NCBI GenBank assembly: GCA_965285935.1
Contig: OZ260662.1
Span: 65,162,001 to 65,226,000 of the forward strand
Length of the DNA: 64,000 nucleotides
Direction of reading: 5' to 3'
From: Ophelia neglecta
Taxonomy: Eukaryota
A program made the position numbers and the translations under genes. Under the pieces are notes generated by a model that had not been told where the DNA came from, did no database searches, and saw only the letters and a program-made list of their open reading frames with translations. Shown here piece by piece: positions 39,001 through 49,300 of this stretch. Position 1 is the stretch's first letter. Each line of letters begins with the position of its first letter.

Positions 39001-42000
39001 TTATTTTAACACATTCATGGAACCTTTTTTTTTAGGCCTACCTTAGTTTTTGTCTGATAAGAACTGAGATCAAACTTCACTTCCACCTCGTTGGCAAAAG
39101 TCTCCAGCCCCACCAGGGTGTGCTTAGGCCCGATGTTAAGAGCTTTGACGATAGACTTGGTAAAGTTGAGCACCTCGTAGTAGTTATCCCGTCCGATACT
39201 CCCAGACGAGTCCACAGCAAAAACAACATCTGCAGGTTTACATCCTACAGAAATAAAACATATATTTTAGAAAGTTAGAACTCAGGCTGTTGCGTTGAAA
39301 TATTTTTTATCAAGTAAGCAAATATAACGTTACTAGACCTGTCCAGGAATTAAAGGTACTCTAGCGAAACCGGTGCCACATACATTATTTCTTGGCAATA
39401 AACTAGAATCAAGGAATGTCCGAAAAACTCTTTGTCATGTGTTTACAACAGTGGGCTTCTAACTTAATGTTACAAATATAAAAAAAACAGGAGATGCCTG
39501 GACACAACCGACAACACTCTTATTAAAAAATAATGACTTATAACTATACATATTAAATAAAATAATATAACTCGTCTAGGCATATGACTTTAAAACCAAG
39601 CACAATGAACTTGTCAATACAACATTGCAATAACAAATTTTAATTAAAACTACAGAAATGACCAGCAACAATGTGGGAAATACTACTACAGTGCAACGGA
39701 GCCAGATGTCCATATTAGGCCTATCTGGGGGATTTGTTGTTAAGCTTAAGACCACTGATAAACAACGTAGGAAAACAGCACTGAAGAAAGACTAACTAGC
39801 CTTCTAATACTGAGAAAATGTACGAGTATAAGTTAGAAGAGATAAAGATGTAAATGAAATGTAGTCTTCACAAGGATACCCTGGAGAACAAGATAATTGT
39901 TTATCATCGGACACGTGTTCTTATAAAATGCTAACATGATTCATTGAGGAGAGGACCATAGGAGAAAAAGTTGACAACAAGAATAAGGAGGCATTGTATT
40001 CATTTTTGTTATTACCTTCTGCATCAGTTTGTGTTTGACAAGTGGATAGTATAGTTTTAGCACTATTAGATTTTTTTGTCCCACCAGCGGTACGTAAATT
40101 GTGTGATGAAAAAATAGCTTTCTTCTACATATGTAACTGTGATATACATGCATACTGCATAGTTTGCAGTATCTTCGCAAAACTGTGTTGTGATAATTAT
40201 TCTTATTGTTGTAATATAACCAACGCAATTTCTTTTATTCAATGATATTAAAACTTTTAAAATATATCGTATTGGATACTCACCGAATTCACAGTTAACC
40301 CCGGCGAAGCCCTTTGTACATTGGCAGGTGTACTTGTTAAAGCCGTTTATGCAGGTACCTTGATTGCGGCATGGGTTACTGTCACACTCGTCATCAACTA
40401 CAAGGAAGAGAAACTCAATGTTTTTCCCAATAATCATATAGGCTTTATTTTGACTTTGTGGGAGTTCAAGGACGTACTTTATTGTTATTCTATCGATCAG
40501 TTTTTACTGAAAAATAACCTGTCGTTTGGAGCTGTTTAGAGTATAGGATTATGATATACTCTCGGTTTTTTGTTTTGCTTTCATTAAATGTGTCAAATTA
40601 TTAACGATGGAAATTCTACGTGAATCGAACATTTCAAAGCATATTTCAGCTGGTGCAAAATTAGAATAGCTTCTCAATGATATATAGCACAAACACCTGT
40701 GTGCTCAACGATCGATTCATTGAACAAATATTATATAATTCAAGCCAGGCTATATTTATTGGTGTAGGCATGAACCAAATTTTCCATTTTAATCTTGTTT
40801 TAATTGAGCGTCATGTATCACAATTAACTGTCTGGTCACATGCCAGATATTACATCAGAAACCTATATTAAAAGTCACATTCTCAATACAACAATATACA
40901 ACAATATGTGTTACCTGTTTACAACGATCATTTTGCCAACTTAAATATAATAGATTCCAAAATACTTCCAAATTATACTGCATATGCATGAAGACCATTC
41001 CCATTATAACTATTCATGTGATTAATCACATATGATCGATAAAGGCATCTACTCACGGTCACAGAGTATGGCTTTCAGGTCATCTTTTATTCTCCCGATG
41101 GCGTCAAAGCTCTCGATATTGAAGACGTTTAGTGAGTCCGGGTCAGAAGCCATTTCATTCAGCTCCACCTTATTGATCCAACTGCCCACACTAATCGACA
41201 CTACTGTGATCCCCGCTTCTCGCGTCAACATCGACTCCTCAAGGGTTTTCTCAAAGTTATTAGAACCACCATCAGTAAGAACAATGCCAATGTTTTTCAG
41301 ATGGGGTTGGTCGCCGTTTTCTGGGACGAACACTTGAGTACGGAGGACTCTCAAAGCATCCGCAGTGTTTGTCGTCCCTCGAGAATATTTTACAGCATCT
41401 ATGCCCTCTTTAATCTGCAATCTGCTCTCAAATGCATTCAAATGGAATTCGACCTGCGCGTTGTCACTAAAAGTCACCAAAGCTACATTGGATTGGTCCA
41501 AATCAACGTTAAGGTTGTCGACCATTGTTTTTAGAAAGTCCTTCATCTTCTCGAAGTTTTCTACACGAACGCTACCGGAAGCGTCGAGAACGAATGCGAT
41601 ATCGGCCAAATTGGAACAATCTGAAAAGATTATAAAATAGAATGATCTACTGTTGTTTATGTGACGAATTGTAAATTTAAAAAATAATCATATGCTATAT
41701 ACTGGATAAAAATTCAGTGATCCAGAAATGTTATATTGTCTTCCGCGGGTAATACTATAAATAAAATTAAAAAGATCACTGCCCCGCCTCCAAGTTGTAT
41801 TTATCCGAACAGCTATCTGTTAAAGTAGTTACTTTTTTGTAAATATGGTTAAAGAATCTATTTAATTACTAATGAAACCATATGATAAAACGTGCCCATT
41901 AAATTGTACTTACCTACAGGAATATCACAAGCCGCAGTTACCAGGTTACTCAAGATAGAATTTAACGTATTAAACCCTTCCACGTGAAATTTATAGGATG

Positions 42001-44524
42001 TGTTTTTAGCTAGTGTTAAAAGTTCTTTTTCATTGGTTTCGTTGCCAATGCCTATAGAAAATATAGTGATTCCTTTGGCGAGAGCTGCAATTGACACATT
42101 CTTTATATTTTCTGTTTCTCTGTTGCTAGCGCCATCCGTAACGACGACGGCGATATCCGGTGCCGTGACACGGGCACCGTTCGGTTTTGTGAACATAAAT
42201 TCGGTAGCATACCGTACGGCACCGCTTGTGTTCGTTTCTTCATCTTTCCAGCGCATAAATTTCAAGGCTTGAATGATCTCTTGTCGTGTGTAATGTCTAT
42301 TTAGATGAAATCCGGTGTGATTTTCGTTGCGGACGTCCACCTCTGCGCCGTTTCCGTATATGAGAACTCCCACGCGCGTGGCGTGGTAGCCCACGTCCAG
42401 CGCGTTTACCATGGCAGTCACAAACGACTTGATCTTGCCCCAGTTGTCTTCACCCACACTTCCGCTCGAATCCAATATGAATACAATGTCTGATTTAGAG
42501 CAATCTTGACCTGTAATCAGAAACAAAATACATGTGCTAATTCATTGTCAAATCCAAAAGTGGAAGTAACACATGGCTCCTTACTATACGAATGACTCTA
42601 GGCTTATAGGAAGGGTTTTTCATGTACATATCTCATATAAACATAACAAAATATCACATCTGATATGGGAGTTTATATCTGTGATGCCACCCCCACCACC
42701 TATCGCAAATTCCACTAATCGAAAATTTTTCATTTAATGGTTTCGCTTTGTCTGATGACGTTAAGTTTTTTTTTTTCTGATGTGCACTGACTGACGCTTC
42801 GAACGGGGGTTAGGGAGAGTTACATAGAGGTTGTTTAGGATTGTATCTGCAGCACCACTACACCGAAGCTCAGTACGAAATGCAGTAACCAATAATTGTA
42901 ATTGCCGTATATTAGTACGTTAAGATGTGCAGGGATAGGCAAGTGAGTGGGTATTCTTTAGATTTGAGTCAAGTCTTGAGTTGTCGTCCTTAGACCTGAA
43001 TTCGAATGCGAAATACTAATTTAGGGGCCTATCTTGTTAGATATGTTGGGACGAATTGCCATGATTTGCTAATGCGAATGTTGACCTATTTCTAGATGGT
43101 CGAGAATAATGGTGGAAGACGATGTAACACGCATATTAATGATGTATTTCATTGTTTTACCCTGGGGTTGTTTTCATAGTAGGGAAGCTAAGTCATACGT
43201 TTTGAGCGTGAAACTTATACTGACATGGATAAATTTGGCCCGACGCCAGACACACAATATTTTTCGATACTGACAAGGTTATGTTTTCAAGCCCAGTACG
43301 TATGTTTTTACTGTCCCATTTTATGCACCGGCCCCATTTTTTAATATCGAACAAAGTGCCACCTGCTTTAAAGACAAATCAAATGTCTGTGTACATACAT
43401 TCGTTATATTAATGCAGTAAAAGATATATAACTACCTGACGTGGCTTCTGGTTTCAATTGTGTTTTTGAAGAAAATTGCAACCACTATAATTCTATGTGA
43501 TTTGGGTTGTTGTGCAAAGAGAGTTATATAAAAGACATATTTCAGAGTGACAACAACAGGTCAAATCGATTTCAAATATCAACTATCATTTACTCTCAAA
43601 TAAAGCAATTGACGAGAAACAGATTATATGTTAGAAGTGAGACTATTCGGACCTGGGAAGACACCTGGCAATGGATACAGGATACATATTGTATTATTTT
43701 GTGCCGTCTGCCTCGGGCGTTGCCATCCCAGGTTGCCATAATCACAAACAGTACAGGCGCCTATACGGACCGAGTCAATGGATGATAGTCTCGGCACTTG
43801 CCAGCTTAATTGCAAAGTGTTTCTCGCTCGAGTTAAGACCATTGTGCTCAGTGTGCTCTTATTAGATGTCCCAACTACAAATCTTAGTGTTGAGCAAAAA
43901 TGAACTATTATGGATATACTGACCACCACAAAACATACAATGTTTTTTTTGGCGTTTTCTATTCCTCAAAAGTATTTCTAGATAGATCCCCCGGTCACTA
44001 TTGATTAGATATATAGTTATGTACAATAAGACACATAGCTGTTTTATTGTTAATTACATTCACGGTCACTTATTGAAGCATAATTTCATGTCTTCTTAGT
44101 TCTGGCTGTGTTACTTTTAATCCACGCCCGTCGACCACAGCACATTGCATGGTATGAATTAACAAACCAAAAGACGATCATTCTCATCTTATCACTTAAA
44201 AATAATAAAATCAATAACCAAGAAACAAATGTCGCTATCAAATAGGGTAAATTTTTTGCATTCTTTTGAACGCAATTCCTCATTCAACTAGTCAGTAATT
44301 CGAAATAAGTATTACCAGGATAATAAGCCTTATTGACAACCATAAAACAATATAAATTGGAATAATAAGACATCCTTTTAGCACAGTAAATAGCACAAGG
44401 AATGCTTACCGGTAACTCGTTTCACTCGATTCAGCGAGTGGTGTTGTGGATGGGACAACGAGGCACATTGGCTCGCAATTGCCAAAGTGCCAAGAATAAA
44501 GAACTTCAGTAAGATATCCATCAT
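32519..44524 (-). CDS. Gene C (complete CDS, about 1105 aa): secreted SP-pro-VWA-VWA-EGF-VWA-EGF-VWA-EGF-VWA protein. join(44524..44410,42510..41914,41620..41057,40397..40284,39244..39042,38897..38794,38596..38467,38046..37920,37456..37343,35606..35411,34667..34297,34168..34055,33087..32519)
   Basis: 13 GT-AG exons sum to 3318 nt, in frame with no internal stop; domain-for-domain colinear with gene B. Confidence 0.9.
34055..34168 (-). CDS. Gene C exon: EGF3 ([38 protein letters not shown])
   Basis: 114-nt phase 1-1 EGF exon. Confidence 0.92.
34297..34667 (-). CDS. Gene C exon: remainder of VWA4
   Basis: RTNT, TDG, ASDPD, closing Cys; phase 2-1. Confidence 0.92.
35411..35606 (-). CDS. Gene C exon: start of VWA4 ([23 protein letters not shown]...)
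   Basis: MIDAS; phase 1-2. Confidence 0.9.
37343..37456 (-). CDS. Gene C exon: EGF2 ([37 protein letters not shown])
   Basis: 114-nt phase 1-1 EGF exon. Confidence 0.92.
37538..37620. repeat. 32-bp tandem repeat, about 2.5 copies (intronic)
   Basis: cctgcccacag(a/t)(g/a)gtat...tgacagcta recurs. Confidence 0.75.
37920..38046 (-). CDS. Gene C exon: end of VWA3 ([16 protein letters not shown]...AICD)
   Basis: Translated by hand; phase 0-1. Confidence 0.88.
38467..38596 (-). CDS. Gene C exon: VWA3 ([17 protein letters not shown]...AVGINMK)
   Basis: TDG motif; phase 2-0. Confidence 0.88.
38794..38897 (-). CDS. Gene C exon: VWA3 ([34 protein letters not shown])
   Basis: Translated by hand; phase 0-2. 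Confidence 0.88.
39042..39244 (-). CDS. Gene C exon: start of VWA3 ([15 protein letters not shown]...)
   Basis: MIDAS; phase 1-0. Confidence 0.9.
40284..40397 (-). CDS. Gene C exon: EGF1 ([37 protein letters not shown])
   Basis: 114-nt phase 1-1 EGF exon. Confidence 0.92.
41057..41620 (-). CDS. Gene C exon: entire VWA2
   Basis: 564-nt phase 1-1 exon; DASGS/TTNT/TDG. Confidence 0.93.
41914..42510 (-). CDS. Gene C exon: entire VWA1
   Basis: 597-nt phase 1-1 exon; DSSGS/TNT/TDG. Confidence 0.93.
44410..44524 (-). CDS. Gene C exon: signal peptide + propeptide [38 protein letters not shown]
   Basis: Translated by hand in a different frame from the ORF track; hydrophobic core, RVKR furin site; ATG directly after an AG acceptor; phase-1 GTAAG donor. 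Confidence 0.85.
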
Positions 44525-46109
44525 CTGAAAGGAAAAGAAAAACAACTCTGATGTATATTATTCTTTTCTTTGGTATTTTTTGATTCAATATTTTTTAATG
44601 TGGGTATTCCTTCCCATTTTTCAACAAGATTTTTGTTTCATTGCAAACAATCCAGACAATCCAAATGGCAGGTGACAGTTGTTCTTATCTTTTAGCTATA
44701 AATCATGAAACATAACATGGAAATACCCATAATCACACATAATTCTTGATATTAATTAAAATTATGTAAGATAATGTCATTTTGTATACAATAATGTGAC
44801 TATTATGACTTTACAGTGCAATTTGAGTTTACAACTTAAATAGATGATGCAGGCGAATGAGTAGGCCATTGGAGAAAAAAGGTCGGTCCCTCCTATTTCT
44901 TTATTCTGATTATACCTATCAGTATGCAATAGTTAGTATTAGCAAATAGGTCCCACCTTTAATCTCATATGGAACGGATTATATTACATTAATCCTAGCA
45001 CAGTAATACTGCTAATATTGTAGAATACTGATGATATATCCTGATTACACGTCTTTCGTAGAAGACACTTCACACGCATACACCAATAGTATGTATCAAG
45101 ATTGGGGAGTGGGAGGGAGAATGAGTGGGAAACATTTGCTCACTCTTGCTTATTTCATAAGGTTGTCATGCCTATCAACAATCATATATACACAGCCAAA
45201 TGTCAAAAAAAAATTTTTTACTAAAAATATTGATTGTTTTGGGTCAGGGGTTTTAGGAGTAGACCATGGAAACATAAGTAGGTCCAGCTTTTTACATTCA
45301 ACATACTAAGACAACCACACATGGTCGTCTGCAAATACACGTACAAGGTTCAAGGCCATTGTTCAGGCAGAATTGTAAACCTCAGCCTGACATTATTTTT
45401 CTCTGTCTGCGATATTCCAACAGCTGATCGACAATAAAAATTTTATACGACATAGCTTAGAGAAATCAATATGTGGATGACATGCTCACTCGTGCTACAT
45501 GAGTTCCTTAACAGACGGCAAGCGGTTCTCAACATTATTGTAACATGCAAGGTAACTCAATTATACGCCTAAATTACACACTAAAACATTGAAATAAAGC
45601 TTTCTGAATATCATACCTTTGTTCAGATGTTGCCAAATTGGTAATATCAAAGTACTATAAAGCTAACAGAAACGCTTCCGAAATAAAGTCCTTTCCTTTG
45701 CAAAACTGCATTGCAATGCTTCAGTTCATTGCACCCAAATTACATACACGGGGTCGATTCCCAGTTAGTCAAGACATCATCAACAGATCGGCCAGCTATA
45801 TAATCTGTCAATCAGATAACATTTTCAAGTGTGCCAATAAAGCATGTCTTGGTTGAATGCATTCAATCGCTCTTTTCATCAATTGCTTCCAACTGCCGTA
45901 ATGATGTCTTGGTTAATATGTCCCAGTTAATGATCAAAACATTAACTAGAAATTTGCTCCATTCATTCACAAACCAAGTAGAAAACCAATCTTTATTTCA
46001 GATATATATTTTATCCTATGAATAAGCAGGTGTTCCACCTAACAACTCGGTTGCAGGCAAAGCAGTGTCCATTGGTTCACCTTCGACCTCTTCGGGCCAT
46101 ATATCTGCT

Positions 46110-46320
46110 GTTGTTTGAATGTCGTTTGAGAATCCGCGGCAATTTAATGTCCTGGGTCACGCATTATCTCAAAAATTCGAAATCAATACTCGATGGAAAG
46201 ATGAGTAAATTACTCTGCACTGAGAATATCAATATCAAGTATCTCAAAGAAGACCAGTTATGAAGTGAGATGAGAAGGCAGCGAGCAGACGCCGACGGAC
46301 TTCAAGTATACCAGCTGTCG
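46110..46320 (+). mobile_element. Possible decayed CR1/jockey-type LINE remnant
   Basis: IRGNLMSWVTHYLKN resembles RT GIxGxLLxWxxxYLxxR; RRQRAD...QVY resembles the CR1 C-terminal RRxRxDxxxVYK. Confidence 0.4.
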
Positions 46321-49300
46321 TCTGCAGGGAACAGGTCGATTAGCGGGCAGCAGCTACAATGGGCACGAGTATTAGGGCAACCACTCGCCAGAGCGAGCGG
46401 GAGAGGGGAGGGGGGGGGGCATCAAGCACGCGTAGAGTGTATATCACTGTATGGTGCACTGGAGACAATCCCCGTCCTAGTGGGGTGGTTTTTGAAAACA
46501 AAGAGCTGATCGGTTGCTTCTATGATTTGAAGACAGACCTACATTAAATGACAGAAACTTGTAATCGATCGTTTGAATATATTTGTTGTTATACCGCCTA
46601 GGGAGACCCTTATCTGAGGATAAAAAATACAACTATTTGCAATTAAATACTACAAATGTGACTATTTATAGTTGATAAACACTCAGAGTGGTAGAGTTTT
46701 ATATTATGACCCAGGCCAGTAAGTGTGCTTTCTCCCGCCATGTTGGCATAAAGCCACCTGCTGCCAACGTTCTGTCAGGAATTGATGTCTTGATCATCCC
46801 GCTCAGCAAGCTGTTTTTTAAGGGAGAGATATTCATTCATGGAAATCCCCTCACACCTGCTCCCTCTATTAGAAATCAGAATACATTTACTTTTCTCTAA
46901 ATACTCCGTTAAGCTGTACAACAGCCATAGAGAAAACAAATCAGCCAACATAACCGATATGGCAGCTTTATCCATGTACTATGTCATTATTATTGCTGTA
47001 GTTTATGACCTATGCAATAAGAATGGTTCTACAGAGACCATGCTCTTTCATGTCCTGCACTACTATTAGAATATGTAATTAATTAAGACTTAGCTGTGTT
47101 TATTATATTCTAAGAGATGAACATAGTCATATATGGACATAAACATCTCGGCTGTCCAAACTAAACATGCATCGTGAAGTTTAAGGATTCCAACTGAATT
47201 AGAAAGTGTGCGATTTGGTAACAATTTTCAGTTCTGTCAAATATGTAAAAGATATTCATCAGCGCTCGCAAATGTTTGTGTTCAATCCCATATTGACTTA
47301 TGTGCTCATAAAACCGCTCATTTTTCCGTGACGTGTGATCAATAATTAATAAAAGTGTAATCCACTACAGTCATGAATAGTACTAGAGCCATATTTATTA
47401 TTCATGTGGAATTTACTGCATGTTTCCACAAAGGTCACGGAAGATGCACTAAGACCATTAAACAGTCTTCGTGCATAGGGGCAAATTTAGATTTGAAACC
47501 CAAGTGTTTATGAACTGTCGATGACACCAGGAGAACCAAACTGACCCGCGGTTACCTTTGCCCGTACATACTAGATTCTTACAATTGCAATTATAAAAGT
47601 AATAACATGAGGAAATGAACATTTAATGAGTTCCTTATTTAAAAAGCGTGCTTAAAGATGTCCTTCATTGACACTTCACTTGGAATTCCTCCGAGTTTAA
47701 CTTTACATGATTTGGCAGCTGTGTTTCAACGATAATATATGACTCACAAACTTGCATTATCAATTTAATCTTCCTTTGAGAGTATGTATGCCACGCTATA
47801 ATAATTAACATGACAATACTTAGTATCTTGGTTGTTTCTTTTCAAAATTAGAAATACATATTGATAAAATCCCATAGCTCATAATACGACTTCTAAGAAA
47901 GCATAATTGCATATCAGATGTGTGCATTGGTTTCATTGTAGCCCGTTGATTTAACGGCGGCGATCAAACTGTGCCAACTTTGGCTTACACTGAGCTGCTT
48001 ATTGCTGCAGTCAGCATTCGATCCACAAAAGCTTTAGAAGGAGCATGGGTATACCTTATATAAGGCGTATAAAATGACTAGGAATAATCTTGCGATGTAA
48101 ATCAATTGATTTTTACAAGAAAAGACCACTACTTATTGTCGCCTCAGGCCAACACAGAGCAGACAAGAATTTGACGTTACTCTTTCAGTGTAAGACTGTC
48201 AATGTAAACCAATTGTAAATTTATGCATATAGAAGAACTTAGAATGTCACGTGTGTCAATACAAGGATCGACGGAGTTGATTATTAAAACCAATAAACTT
48301 TATTTTATTGCGTACTTTTGGGAAATTCACAATCACTGACATTGAAAGTTTCTAGTACAACATTGACTATATATGAATGTTAACGTTATTATGTGAACAC
48401 AGTTTTGCAGCAAATTCCAAGAAATCCTCGCATTCCTCCCGCAGGGCTATTAAGCTATTAATATACATCTTCGAAAGATACAAGCAGTCTTATTCTGAAA
48501 TTCGACTAAACAGGCAAATGCAATGATCACTAGAACATTGAAAAGTTGTTAACATTCTTGTGCTTGCAGACTCCATGTTTTCTCAGTAGACATGACCTTA
48601 TTATGAACTTTTGCCCTAAAGGTCTGTAGGACTGTCACAACAGTGCCAGTAATAAAGTGTCATTTACAGCTGGTAAACTGCACTTTCATATTTCCAGCAC
48701 ACAGTATAGAGATACTATTATTAACTTTTCTCTTACGTTTATTAGTTGAAGCCAGCTGCTATTATACACATTGCAATCTAAATTTTCAATCGGTAATGGC
48801 TGTTCATTAAAGTAGCCTCGTGTTTTTCACTAAGTAGTGCACCAAATCGTATGGCGCATAAGACCATGTTTAGAAGAAATCTGGTTATTTCATTTGCTGT
48901 GTAACTCTATGCAAAAAAATAGGCGGGGGGTATTCTTGAATGTTGTCAATCAAGGTGTCGTCTGCACCAACTCACCCCTGTTAGCCTTTATAATTTATTT
49001 CATTGACAGGGCCCCTGTGCCTGAAATTTTGTTTTATTGTCTTCAAAACAGATATATATGGTATAGGAAATATTTTCAGTGACATTCTATTGATCTATCA
49101 ATTGCACATATATCCATATTAAGACCTCAAGCAGCAAAAACGTTCGCTTCATCATGGTATTGAGATTTTACCATTTATAACTTGACTGTGTCAATAGCGC
49201 CTAAAGAAGAAAACGGTTAGCAGCGGAAACCACAGACGTTAAGCAAACTATGTTATCCTGCTATGCGTAGCAATAACACATTATAATTATGTATTTTGCT

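Noticed and set aside
11839-44524. Assigning COL6A/COL12A1/MATN gene symbols or merging the exons into one giant gene
   Set aside because: No triple helix or coiled coil; B and C each have their own signal-peptide exon and stop codon, and A has its own signal-peptide exon.
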